Below are positions 40,201 to 52,500 of a stretch of 59,600 nt of DNA, piece by piece. Source of the stretch: Thermoplasmata archaeon (lineage in GTDB: Archaea > Thermoplasmatota > Thermoplasmata > GCA-020350865); contig CP070751.1 in assembly GCA_020348445.1 (NCBI GenBank), forward strand, positions 836,438 through 896,037, given 5' to 3'. The notes under the pieces were generated by a model that saw nothing but the letters and a program-made list of their open reading frames with translations, was not told the DNA's origin and did no database searches. Position 1 is the stretch's first letter. Every line of letters starts with the position of its first letter. The position numbers were made by a program, and so were the translations under genes.

Positions 40201-43200
40201 TTTCATTTAAATGCCAAACACCAACGTAATTATCTTCCCACGTACTTGCCTCATCCTGGGCATCAGATGCACCTGAGTTGTTGTAGTACAACCAGATATA
40301 ATCTTCAGATGAGATACCATCGATTTGTGTAACATTAACCCAGATGTAGCTGTTTCCAGCTGTATTCCAATCCTCGAAATGATAATCCAATTCGTTGCTA
40401 CCATCAGCATCAATAAACCGCAGATCACTGCCATCGGACTTTGCATCCGAATAATCAAAATTCGATGAACTCAGGTTCACCATAACCGGGAAATCCAACA
40501 GATTTTCGGTTTGCCCGCTGTTATCAAATGTCAATCTCATACGATTTGACCAAGCATCATTCCACCAGTCTCCTCCTCCAGAGGATGTGTTGAAATAAGG
40601 AGCGCCTACTATGATATCATCATAACCATCATTGTTCACATCCCCAGCATAGGATACATTCCACCCAAACCTGTCTCCCGTATCTGCACTGTTGCCCGAA
40701 ACAAGCTCCACAAGACTCTCACTTCTTGTTCCCCGCATTCCAGTAATTGCTCCTTCCCCATTTGAATAATCAGCGCCCCCCTTCTCCCAGTCAGTTGCTA
40801 AGAAATACACCTTAAACGTATCATTTACCGAATTCACATCTATATCGTCCCAGGTTATACCTACTTCCATCCTCATCATGTCCAGTCCCACATCAACAAA
40901 TCCTGCTTCTGTCCACTCCCCAGGCGACATAATTGTCCCAGACCATTCATAGCATATGCTACTTATTATCCTGTTGTTCCTGCCTTTCACCTCTATCATG
41001 TAATTGGCAGAAATTGGAAGGCCAAGGCCGTAGCCCGAGCCAGATATTGTATCAATGAAGATATAGACCAAGTCCTCTCCAGTCTTAGGAGGAATCAAAG
41101 GTGCTGCTCCACCTACATCCCCAACTCCCCCAATTGAAGGTTCTGGTTTGACTCTATTATTCCAGTAAGGTACTTCCACGCCGCCTGCGATCTCACCATC
41201 CACTTTTAAAAAGAAAGCCGGTCCAGAATTGGTATTTGAAACCCCGTATTTTAAAATGTCTAGATTTGCACGATCTTCGTCACCTTCAGTGTCGTTGTGA
41301 ATGACCTTTTGATTCCAATCTGTAAAAGCACCATCGACTGTTATATTGTCAGGGATACCAAGGATGTAAGTGCACTCATACATCTTACTTTGCGGCTTTA
41401 CCCGTTCTAATGTCACTGTGCCTTTATCGATCAATACATCATGTTTTTTCAGGATTCTGAAGCCAATACTGTTTGCAACAACTGCATCATCACTGATATA
41501 AATAACTAGATATAGTGTTGAACTGTGTCCCTTGGATAATCCAAAATTAAGAAGAAAGCTGGCATTCCCCTCATTTAAGGTACCAAAAGCAATCAAATTA
41601 CCCTCCTCATCCTCGAGTTGTAATGCATCAATATCATAATCTGTTCCCTTCCCTATTCTTTTAATCTTCAGTTCATTTATAACGATATCTGCATTTTTTA
41701 CCTCCAAGTCCAGCCTAAGCAGTCTATTTGCTACATCAACTCTATCTATAACATCTTTTCCCACACCCTGCTGTGTAACAATTAAAACACCTTCTTCGTT
41801 GCAAATTATGGTATCAGAGAAATCGTCGAAATCGTTCCAGCTCTGCATATAGAATAGAACATCAACTTTATCGTATTCCTTCATGTTAAGGGTAGCAAAA
41901 GGAATCTGGGCCTCTAACTCTGAGCCACTTACTTCCACTGTAATGGTATCTACCAGCTCCCAGAGATTCCAATCCTGTTTTACTGCGTCATATCGATAAA
42001 GGGAACTGCCCAGAATCTCACCATTCCATCCATCAATCTCAGCCAAAACGTCCGCACCTATACCCTTGATGTAATACCCTGATTCAGAACTTTGATCAGT
42101 ATCAATGAATATATATGCCGTATCAACATGTTTTTCTCCGCCAGATTCACCTGCCAGCATATACTCTGCAACCTGTAGGTAAAACGACAATTCCATGAGT
42201 CTGGAATCCACACGGTAATCAATTATATCTACATTGGGATTGAATCCTGCTCCTTCGCCCTCATCAGACATAGTATTTACATTGCTCCAGTCCCCAAATT
42301 TACCGTCGATAACTATTCCCTCCTTTTGTTTTGCAATGTTGATGATCAAATAGGGTGATAACACCATCATTATCACAATTAAAGGAACCACTATCAATTT
42401 CCATTTTCCTTTTTTGCCTTCAATCACTCTGTGTCTTGTTCCAAGTCCATTGGTGATTCCATTGCCATTGGTCAGGCCATTTGTAATGCCAACTTTTAAC
42501 GCCTTAAGACCATTTGTAAGGCCGTTTGTCAAACCGCGCCCTTTTTCTCTAAGTCCATTTGTGAGGCCATTTGTTAAACCATTTGTTATGCCCACTGGGG
42601 TTTTAGCTTGTGTTTCATCTTCCTCGGTTTTAAGCGATAGAAGGTCCTCCATGGATTCCAAGGTTAGGTGTTCTTTTTCCATATCTTTTGGTTTTCTCTT
42701 AGGTTTAACGGATAATAATCCCTTCAATTCCTTTGTTGATTCCTCCTCAGATTCCTTCTCTAAAATATCCATCAATACCTTATCAAATTCATCTTCTGAT
42801 TCTTCCTCTATTATGAACTCTGTTCCACATCTTGGGCATTCTGTGGTGGATGATTCCACCTCTAAACCACAAGTCGGGCATTCCAAAAGGTCTTTTGACT
42901 CATCATCTGAGAAAATTGTACCACAATTCGGACACTCAGATGCCGTGCCTTCTACAATGAACTCACATTCAGAACATCTGAATTTTTCTATTTGATCCTC
43001 ACTCCGAAGAACCTCAGGTATCTCATCCAAATCGAAAAATTCCTCACCACAACCAGGACAGGAGGTGGCGTCAACATCAATTTCTATACCACATTCGGGA
43101 CATTTGTATACTTCCTGCTCATCCTTTTCAGCATCCTCCAAAATTCTATCTATTTCCCCGTATAATGATTCGATCTCATCGGCCAGAACCTCACGCTCTA

Positions 43201-43483
43201 TTTTTGGTGTTATATCAGAGAACTTTTGCAGGGTATCTTCCCAATCCACCATATCTTCAAAGGAAAATCCACATTCCCGGCATTTAAGTTCCTTTTGATA
43301 ATCCTTTTTCGAGACTGACAAAACCCGAAATGCACATTCAGGGCATCTTGCCTTGTCCTTGGCTTCTTTTATTACCTCTGATTCTTCTAGATATTTATCA
43401 CAATTTTTACACTTGAACGCAGGGACCTTCAATTTGGTACCGCACAAAGGACAACTTTTAATGGATTCCTTTTTTTTGGACAT
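37205..43483 (-). CDS. Giant membrane protein: 5 Zn ribbons, GLTN repeats, TM, conserved core, 7-bladed FG-GAP (integrin-alpha-like) propeller with DUF2341-LamG and other inserts, IPEF-CTERM
   Basis: 2092-aa ORF; seven FG(W/C/F/Y)xV...GD.N.DG.DD.IVGAP-type blades counted; tail IIPEFSDMFLPIIGVITLFVISRKKSRKK; AGGTG RBS. Confidence 0.9.
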   Translation of the reverse strand: MSKKKESIKSCPLCGTKLKVPAFKCKNCDKYLEESEVIKEAKDKARCPECAFRVLSVSKKDYQKELKCRECGFSFEDMVDWEDTLQKFSDITPKIEREVLADEIESLYGEIDRILEDAEKDEQEVYKCPECGIEIDVDATSCPGCGEEFFDLDEIPEVLRSEDQIEKFRCSECEFIVEGTASECPNCGTIFSDDESKDLLECPTCGLEVESSTTECPRCGTEFIIEEESEDEFDKVLMDILEKESEEESTKELKGLLSVKPKRKPKDMEKEHLTLESMEDLLSLKTEEDETQAKTPVGITNGLTNGLTNGLREKGRGLTNGLTNGLKALKVGITNGLTNGNGITNGLGTRHRVIEGKKGKWKLIVVPLIVIMMVLSPYLIINIAKQKEGIVIDGKFGDWSNVNTMSDEGEGAGFNPNVDIIDYRVDSRLMELSFYLQVAEYMLAGESGGEKHVDTAYIFIDTDQSSESGYYIKGIGADVLAEIDGWNGEILGSSLYRYDAVKQDWNLWELVDTITVEVSGSELEAQIPFATLNMKEYDKVDVLFYMQSWNDFDDFSDTIICNEEGVLIVTQQGVGKDVIDRVDVANRLLRLDLEVKNADIVINELKIKRIGKGTDYDIDALQLEDEEGNLIAFGTLNEGNASFLLNFGLSKGHSSTLYLVIYISDDAVVANSIGFRILKKHDVLIDKGTVTLERVKPQSKMYECTYILGIPDNITVDGAFTDWNQKVIHNDTEGDEDRANLDILKYGVSNTNSGPAFFLKVDGEIAGGVEVPYWNNRVKPEPSIGGVGDVGGAAPLIPPKTGEDLVYIFIDTISGSGYGLGLPISANYMIEVKGRNNRIISSICYEWSGTIMSPGEWTEAGFVDVGLDMMRMEVGITWDDIDVNSVNDTFKVYFLATDWEKGGADYSNGEGAITGMRGTRSESLVELVSGNSADTGDRFGWNVSYAGDVNNDGYDDIIVGAPYFNTSSGGGDWWNDAWSNRMRLTFDNSGQTENLLDFPVMVNLSSSNFDYSDAKSDGSDLRFIDADGSNELDYHFEDWNTAGNSYIWVNVTQIDGISSEDYIWLYYNNSGASDAQDEASTWEDNYVGVWHLNETGTGTRYDSTSYNNDGSPQNYNGDEATTGKCDGADDFDGTNDYITMDSVTTDLDSIFTVAFWMKADNTADSAMVCFHNSAGGNIWRIEMITNHAAIEDNQGSVTISDGNWHYIVGVADASKSILYVDGELDLDNIPETPNLVDSDLASMAQEYDPGPAPGEFFNGKLDEVRISRVVRSRHWIKAQYLSMNDEFITYGNKETRGQERGAAYIFFGYSGIGLDDIIAANADVMINGTNTGDLFGWSVSDAGNVNNDAYDDIIIGAPGYSADRGRAYIFYGRATASWSSIDDPDTDSTINQTGKHNYDRFGCSVSGAGDMNSDNYDDVIVGAYSLGVDQGRAYILYGPRLNMNGHAYSYAESLSLSELASTATYIDYLTLTVNPPVATKYLIIATSDVAPDDKVGDNTWLRLIVDDTNVYHETNREFQDINDWYHFSAVKYIYLAAGSHDIELEYKTEGDNGRFRNTRIIAIEMSIPADQYDEIEDAIVTTGPEVTVTETTFTPASSGDYLIVASANLRSGSSSDSVWGRMHIDGTLYGETLMEPDDNFNERFNFGVIKNITLDTSAHTISLTVDSETPTVSAYMDHAHIAAIRLDTFSEFHYNEADGWNSGPGGWETLVTNSYTPEESGDFVILGTAAWFTNDATAVNGIRLRTSSTTRQESLIENRDSTDIHMPFQMDKRTLSGAQSDTVDHFMNSGGLSRFARLISLPLGLDYVRLTGVISNEEFGFSVSNAGDTNNTGYDDVIVGAPGTDRAYIFCGSNAMDDDISATNANTILIGIGGTSFGFSVGNASDINADGSYDDVIVGMPDTANGNAWIYYGGNPMNIVPDVLFDGETAGDKFGYSVHYAGDIDGDGDPDVIVGAPYFTNGSKTECGAFYVFCGGSDIDTTEEYKNEGEYAYDHFGWSVSFAGDINGDGINETLCGAPHYDTQADDTPPLSVDAGKAYCHSRYIIPEFSDMFLPIIGVITLFVISRKKSRKKHGLRLGGKNIKNEKKEDRI
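42443..42592 (-). repeat. (G-L/I-T-N)n tetrapeptide repeat block, paralog 2
   Basis: Eight xTNG units. Confidence 0.85.
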
Positions 43484-43542
43484 ATCTGCACCTTATATAG
43501 TGTTCTCTCTCACTCTCTCTTGAAATTTTATGGGTATTTTTT

Positions 43543-46500
43543 CTATTTTAACCTATTTTTATAAATCTGAAATATGAGAATAATGCGTCTTCTGACACAA
43601 TGGGCCCTTATTTTGCTGGAATTCCGGGCTGAAATGAACTTTTTCCATCGATTTCTTTTAAATATAGTGAAAAGAACTGGCACCATTACAATTGGAATTA
43701 AGACAAAATCGTATTCTGGGATTATGAAATCCACATTCTGTGCATTGGGAGTTGAGCCGTTTTCAGTGCTTCTGTCTATGCCAAAGGGATCGGCCTTTCC
43801 TGCACCATCCTCCCAGTTCACAGGAAGATTCGTGTCATTGGAATCTTTATCTCGGCCTATTGTTTGGTTCTCTAATAGGTCCGAGGTATCCACATAATCC
43901 CCGTCTGTCCATTGACTCCATGATGCTGCATCATCATCGTCGGAACCTGAGGTTTCGCCCCATGCAACATAATCAATTATAATTGAATTACTATCCATCA
44001 AAGCCAAATCATCAGAATTTTCAAGCATTGGAGCCGTTGTGCTCATATTGACGATCAATTTTGGATGTTTGCTTGAATCGGAATTGTCGCTTGAGACAAA
44101 GATTTGATTTTCAGAACCATCGTCAGCCTCAAAGATCATGCCATAATTACTGTATGTCCCGCTCTCCCAATCTCTAATCAAATCAGTAACATTCCAGTAG
44201 TACCAAGCATCTGTTCCAGCAGCAATTGTTTTCGTGTCCTCGGATGATGAATCATAATCACCCCCAGATGCGGCCCATGAATTTGTGCCATCGTAAGTTC
44301 CCCAGTTTGCTCCGCTGTTAACCTGTCCAGTACCCTCGATCCATGATTGGGTTACTCTATGAAGATTCACTGTTGCACCGGTAGTTGCATGACCATCATA
44401 GCGATATAACCAAACCTTTGCATCTTTTACAATACCTGGTGGAAGGCTTGATAGGTCAAATTGAACCAATGGTCTTACATATAAAGAAGAGGCATTGGTA
44501 ACTGTCATTTGCACCCATGTTCCAGTATTAGCTATTCCCAGAGAACTATCTAAATAAACATCCTTTCCTGCTGTAGCATCCGGTTGTACCACAAATTCAG
44601 ATTCATAGTCAATATATCCATAGACGTCTGTTGAACTGTTGATCCCACCCTGTCCTAGATGACAGACCAGGTACCCGCCAGGGGGTATGCTTCCTGCACC
44701 GCTTATATCAAATTTATATCCATCATTGTCCGTAAGATACCAGCCAGTAAGATCAACTGGGGTATTTCCAGAATTGTACAATTCAACCCATTCATTATAT
44801 GAAGAGCTGTCTGTAGTGGAGGATGAGGGGGGAGTTTCTTCTGATCCTGTATATATGAAAGAAGCTGTGTCATTTTGGTTGTTATACTCAGTTACTATCC
44901 AGTCCGCAGAGCGTGTATAATTTGATACTCGAACCTCATCGATAGAGCCATTCCATGGATAGCTCCAAGCCACACCTACATCATTATCCCCATGACCGAT
45001 CCAGAACTCATCTGCGCATGTTTCGATATTATCTGTTTTATCGACTTCATTCGAACTTTTAATCCCATTTACATATACAAACATTTTCGAACCGTTATAT
45101 ACTGCAACAACATGTACCCAGGAATCGGTTGGGAGATCATTATCCGAGGCAACCGAATATGAGTCCTCTGGAAGATGGAAATACAACGGATTGCCTGTAT
45201 CTTTAATTACCATGCGATAACCTTCAGCCCACCCACTATGACTCATTATTCCGGTATAATGATCAGAATCATATCCTTCAAAATTAATCCAAGCTTCCAA
45301 TGTTATTTGCTTACCACCAATGTCCAAACTCGCGTCGTAACCACAATCTATATAGTCATTCTCTCCATCAAAGTCCTGGCCGTATCCGATTTTGCCTTCG
45401 ATTCTCGTGGGAACATAACTTGAGGTACCGGAACCCCCCTGACCGTGATTGTCGAACTGTGAACTGTCCTCAAATTCATCTGCTGTACCATCTCCACTTT
45501 GGTTCAGATGCCAAACTCCCACATAATTTGGATACCAAACTCCATCTGGATTTTCTGTGGGAGAACTTTGACTGGTGTTTCCGTAATACATATATATCAT
45601 GGTATCTGAGGAAGAAAATAAGCGTGGTACCTTTACCCAGGCAACCAGTTCCCCAGAGCTGCTATTAAAGAGCTCAATCTCATGGCACAGCTTGGACTCT
45701 CCCTCTGAATCTGTAAAGATTATATCATACCCATCAGCACGTGCATCATTTGCCAGGTCGGAATCCGTGATATCAACAAGTACGGGGAAAGCAAATAGGT
45801 CTCCAGTTACTTTACTTGAGTTGATGGTAATAGGTTTGCGATAATCCCAATCTGAAGGTGTGATGTCCTCATCATTGAATGTGTAGAACGAACCCGGGTA
45901 ATACTGGTTGTTAAACTCGGTTAAAATCCAATCTGCAGAATGGGTCACTTTGGAAATTCTCACTTCGTCTAAGATACCAGCATAGTGTTGTCCTCCAGCA
46001 ATTCTTCCACCTATGGTTACAGCGGCAGAAGAGATCGTGGTGGAAATGGGGCCACCACCTCCGGTATCATCCCTCACCTGGGAACCATTTTGATAATGTC
46101 TTTTAATTGTACCATCATATGTATAACTAACGTAAACCCATATACTTTTGCCTATTTCATAAGCTCCCCCATCCTCCCCTGCATTGAAAAACAGGTCCTT
46201 ATCTGTGACATCATCATCAAAATAAGCCCCCCATAAAGTGTTGGAGTCTGATTCATCTCTTTTGAGTATGACCCTTCCCCAAGTATCAAGTAAAGGATCA
46301 TTGATATTTAACCAAAAAGAGAGTGTGAGATTTTCCAGCACTCCAAGTGTAAGACCCATATCCCCCAGATTGAACCGATCATCACCTGCACTACCTGAGA
46401 AATCCTGACCGTAACCGATCCAACCCGTTGTTCTTGTTGGTGAATCCTGTCTGGTTCCATCATTTGTGGATGAAGCAGAATTGGAAATACTACCTGATTC

Positions 46501-49500
46501 CTCGTCCATGTGGTAGACACCTACATATCCATTGCTGAAAACGGCTTCGTCATCCTCGGAATTTGTGACATCTGAATTATTATAATACATGTAAATGGTT
46601 GTATCAGTGGAAGATGAGAGGGAAGCCATTTTGACCCAAGCGATCAACTCTCCAGTTGCACTTGTATAACGCTCGATCTCATGGTTGAGTTGGGATTTTC
46701 CGTCCCAATCTGTAAATACGATATCATCCCCATCTGATTGTGCATATGTGACTAGATCAGAATCTGTGGTCTGAATCATCATTGGAAATCCATCGATATC
46801 GCCTGATACCTGTTCATAGTTGATGGTGATCTCTTTTCGATATGTCCAGGCCGAGGTGTTTATATCTTCTCCATTAATCGTGTAAAATGTATCGGGATAA
46901 TACTGGTTGTTGAATTCCGTTTCGATCCATTGTTGCGAACGAGGAACATTGGAGAAGCGAAGTTCATCTAAAAGGCCACCGTAATTCATAGATGGAACAC
47001 CTGATGCTCCAACAAATACATCTGCAGATGAACTCCAGATAGGTCCACTCATGCCCGTATCTTCCAGTATTAAAGACTCATTTATATACAGCAATTGACT
47101 GGAACCATCGTATGTAAAGGAGACATAGGTCCAGTTACTTTTTATTACAGGCTGGGCAGTACTTCCATCGTCATTCACATATATATAAATCCCTTTATTG
47201 GCATCATCGTTAAATGAGAGCTGATATGAATATGTTGTATCTGATTCATTTCTTTTGGACACAATCTTCCCCCAATTTTCTATTGCGGAGTTATCGATAT
47301 ATGCCCAAGTAGAGATGGTAAAATTCTCATTGGTTCCATCAGTAAGACCCAGATCCCCCAAATTGAAATAATCATCGGTTCCACTCCCTGTAAAGTTCTG
47401 GGCGAATCCGATCTTTCCTGTATCCCTTGTGGGTGTGTTTTCCCTTATCCCATCATTTGTATCGGATGCCGAGTTCCCTATGGTTCCCGTATCTTCTACC
47501 AGGTGATATACACCCACATAGCCATTGCTCCATACTCCTTCCTCGTTCTCTTGATTTGTAGCTTCCGAGTTGTTGTAGTACATGTAAAATACAGTATCAA
47601 TTGTTGATGAAATGGAGGGTAATTTCACCCATGCTATCAACTCACCTGTTTCACTGTTATAATACTCTATTTCATGATCAAGTTTAGTTTCATTGTCTGC
47701 AGCCACGAATACAATGTCATCTCCATCCGATTGGGCTTTGTCCATTAAATCCGAATCAGTTGTACTAATTAAAACAGGAAAATCTGTTAAATCGGCTGCG
47801 ACCTTCGATGAATGAATCGTGATCTTCTTGCGACAGTTCCAATCCCCATCCCAAGGTCCTCCTGTAGGATTGAACATTATTTCATTAATAACGATCTGAG
47901 GAATCCTGATATACAGTATGTATGCTTTTCCTGAATCGGTATTTGATCCATCGTCCTTATGGGGAGCCCCTACTAAAACTGCATTGTCACCTGAGTCGTT
48001 AATATCAAGGGCAAAGGAAACAGACCAGCCCATGTGCTCATTGGCTTGGGATCCTTTGAACTCATAGCAGGCCAAAGAGTTCATAGATGAACCGCCCTTA
48101 AACACATAGACGTTTCCTGAATTTGTATATGAACCGTTATCGTAATAGGGTGCTCCCACTATAGCATCGATCTTACCATCACTATCCACATCTCCTGCAA
48201 AATCCACTGAGTAACCGAACCTGTCTCCATTGGATTCGCCTGTGAGATTGACATCTGAGGTGCTGTCCATTGAAGAACCACCGTGGAATATGTATACCTT
48301 TCCAGGAGAATCCTGCTGTTCGTTTCCAAAGGAAATGAAATTATTGGTCATGGATTTGTATTGCGCCGCGATCCAGTCCGCACTTCTTATTTTATTCGAA
48401 GCTGTAACCCCATCTATCACACCATCGAAAGCCTCAGTGTCCCATCCATAACCTATATCAAAGGGAGTTGAAGTATCAGAAAGAAATGCTGCGCTTCCGG
48501 AGGTTGTCTCCCTATTGCCATTTAAATAAATCTCGGGTACGGTTGGATTGCTGGAATTAAAAACAACAGCAACATGATACCAAGTGTTTAAACTGAGTAT
48601 AGTGCTTCCGGTTACAAAACTATTCGTATGATTACCCACATCGATTACAGCTCCACCTTCTGGCCTTATTATTATTCTAAATCCGTAATTTGACCAACTA
48701 AATTTGCTCAAAATTTCATCCCAATCCGCATTTGCATGTCTATAGAACCATGCAGAATATGTATAACTTTTACTTACATCAAAGTATAAACTCGCATCAT
48801 TTCCGCAATCTATATAATCGTCTTGACCATCAGCAGTTCCTGCGAAATCATAGGCACCGTCAACCTGTCCTGTGACATTTTGTATCACATCGCCGTAAAT
48901 TGTACCATCATTATCATACGAAGTCGCATCATAGGGAGTTCCCGATGACTCATTCAAATGCCAAACCCCTGTGTAGTTGATATCATAGGTTCCTGTAATG
49001 TCCTGAGCACTAACGGCATTGGAATTTCCGTAGTACATCCACATGTAATCGGTTGTTGAGCCCCAATCAATTTGGGTAACGTTCACCCACACATAGCTGT
49101 ACGCAGAGGAATTCCATTTTTCTATGTGGTAATTATACTCTGTTGAGCTATCGGGGTCAATGAACCTAAGATCGGTTCCATCAGGCTTTGCTTTTGAATA
49201 ATCAAAATTTGATGCACTTAAATTAACAAGAACCGGGAAATTTAACAAGTCTTCGCTCTGCGCACCATTGTTAAATGTCAACTTTTTCCGGTATTGCCAG
49301 TTGCTGTTCCACCATAGATTATCACCAAATGGAGCTCCCACAATTACATCATCGTATGATCCATCCTGATTAATATCGCTTACATTGGATACGGACCAGC
49401 CAAATGTATCTCCAGTACTTTCACCTGTTAAGGCAATATATGAACCAGAACTCTTTATCCTGTGATATTCGATATTCAAGGTGGAATTTACGGTATCTGA

Positions 49501-52500
49501 GGTTTCGTTCCTACCTATAAATCTAATGCGAACGAACCCATCACTAAGCCTATGATCGCTGTCTAGCGTGTACTCTTTCGTGGTGAACGTAGTGGAGGTT
49601 AGGTCACCCTGAGAACCTAGATCATCCCATGAGGAACCATCGTATACCTGAACACCAAAATCGGTTTCGCTTCCATCCACAGAGTAATTGAGCTGTAATT
49701 TTAAATTTTCTGCAGCGAGAACACTTGATGTGTTGAATTCGATATCAAGCACATATTTTATCTCTACTTCAATCTCACATTCAATACCAGCCGGAGCACC
49801 AGGAGTCCAGCTAAAGCTATCCACATTATTCCCATTTGAAGGATCTACTTTATAAATTGTATCTGCCCCATCGTCGGTTATCCAGAAATACTCTCCGTCC
49901 CAGCCCAGTCCACCTGGGTCCAAGGACTGCGTGTTCACTTCTGTTACGTCCCCGTTTGGTATGGTATTGCCTGAGAGATTTCCGATATCAATAGTATAAA
50001 TCTTATCCTCTGTTGGATCCGTCATTATTAGCCGGCCCGAACCGATATCGTCACGCCAGGTGAGCCCCTCGAGGTATGTTGGTAAATCCGTAGCAAAGTA
50101 TCCTTCATCGCAGTCGATATAATCAACCATGCTAAAATCGCTTGGATCCACTTTGTATATATTATCATCACCAGCATCACCGATCCAGAAATAACCGCCG
50201 CCATATGTGAATCCTCGAGCATCCCCAGAGAAGCTGGATATATCATGGGTGGCTACAAGGGTTCCATTATTTGGGTAATATTGCTCGATATTGTCTGTAC
50301 CATAATCAACACACCAGACATAATCATTGTAAAGAGCCATACCATTTGGATAGGTGGTTCCCGTATTCTCCCAGCTGATATCTACATTTCCACTTTCACT
50401 TCCAGATGCCAAGGAATCTTCTGCATTAACCCTATATATATAGTCCGAGGTTGAATCACAAATCCATAGCCACAAGGTTGTGGCACCCAAATCGTGTTCT
50501 TTCAATATAGCATATGAACCACTGTCTATGGCACTTTTTGCATTGTCAAAATTGGTGATGACACCATAGGTTGTAACATTTGAGGTTACATATGCATAAC
50601 TATCACCATAAAAGTAAATATACACCTTTCCCGCATCAGTTGCCACATCATCATTGAAAGGAGCACCAATTATCACATCATCATAACCGTCATTGTCAAT
50701 ATCACCTGCATCTGAAACAGAAAAGCCGAACTGATCACCGTAATTCTCACCAGTGTAATTCTTGTCAGCATTTGATGCTGAAATGGGTATTGAGCCATCC
50801 CCGTAGAAGATATAGGATTTTCCATATCCTACCTTATCACTGAAACTTTGTTCATTGCTAAATGAAATGAAATCAAAGGTCATGGAAAGATACTGGGCGG
50901 CAATCCAATCAGCACTTCTACCTATGTTTGATATTCTTACCTCGTCGATCCATCCATCCATATCTTCGTAAACTGTACATTCCCCAATCCATAGATTCCC
51001 ACGCGATTGATAGATTGGCCCGGAAAATGATATAGAGGTGCCTAATTCCGCACCGTTTTTGTACAATCTCATATCTGTGCCATCCCATGTCCCTACCATG
51101 TACTGCCATTCATTACTTGTCACGGCATCACTGACATGAAGTTGACCTCCATCTGTGGTTCCATCAGAGCTTAACCACCAGTCCCAGTCATCGGCATCTC
51201 CAGGATCGTCATTGAAGGCAAGGCAGTAGGCTCTATCAGTTTGATATTTCGATACTATGGCACAATCCGATTTCTCATGGTCAACATCGTCGGGTTTGAC
51301 CCAAGCCTCGACGGTTATCTGGGCTGTTATGTTCAAACTGCTGCTTGAAGGGATGTCAACATGATCTGCATTGCCATCGCAATCAACTGCATCATCGATT
51401 ATCCCGGTTTGCCCCTGGGTCAAACCACCTGAACCAGTCCCGTCATTATCATTGGATGTGGAATCAAAAAGCGTCCCCGAGCTCTCGTACAGATGCCACA
51501 CTCCCATGAAGTTCGCATCATAGGTAGCCGCTGCATCTTGAACATCAGAGGCCGCAGTATTGTTGTAATACATCCAGATATAATCTGCTGACGAACTTCC
51601 ATCAACCTGGGGTACCTCCACCCAAACATAGCTGTAACCTGAAGAATCCCAGTCCTCAATATGATAATCCAGTTCTGTGGTTTCATCAGTATCAATAAAC
51701 CGCAGATCAGTTCCATCCGATTTTGCTTTTGAGTAGACAAAGTTGGATGCACTCAGGTTAACAAGGACTGGAAAATTTATAAGGTCCTCTGATTGTCCGG
51801 TGTTATCGAATGTTATTTTTTTGCAGTAATTCCAGTTTGAGTTCCACCATCCATGGGCATTTGGTGCTCCTACTATAATATCATCATAGCTTGAGTTATC
51901 GAAATTTCCAGCACCTGACACCGAACTTCCGAACTTATCATAATCGCTTTCTCCAGTTATCTTTTCATCGGAATCGGTATCGGCGTCATAAACATCACTC
52001 CATAGTCCCGTTGCTTTGCCATAAAATATGTATGCTCTCCCTTTGTAGTTGTCATAACCAGGTGCGCCGATAATGACATCATCATAAATGCCGTTCACAT
52101 CCCCTGCGTCACTTACTGACCACCCAAAAAGATCACCAGCAAAGGAACCGTATATTGTGACATTGGCATTTGAGGCATTGATATCGCCTGAGCTTATACC
52201 TGGATAACCAAAGAATATGTACGCTGCCCCCCCATCTTGACCAACCCCAAGTTTCTGCGCATAGATGTCATCGTCATTAGCACCGTTTCGCTCATCCTCC
52301 CAAACAACAACAGCATAATCATTTGAATCTACAGCCACATCCGGGTATCGTTGGTGAGCACTATCCGAGTTACTGTTAATCTTTTTATCTGAATCACCCC
52401 AGTGATAATCTCCATTTGAATCGAGTTTTTGGGCATAAATGTCGTAGTTGCTCTCACTACGATAATCACGCCATGCTACAATTGCGTACCCACTTAAGTT

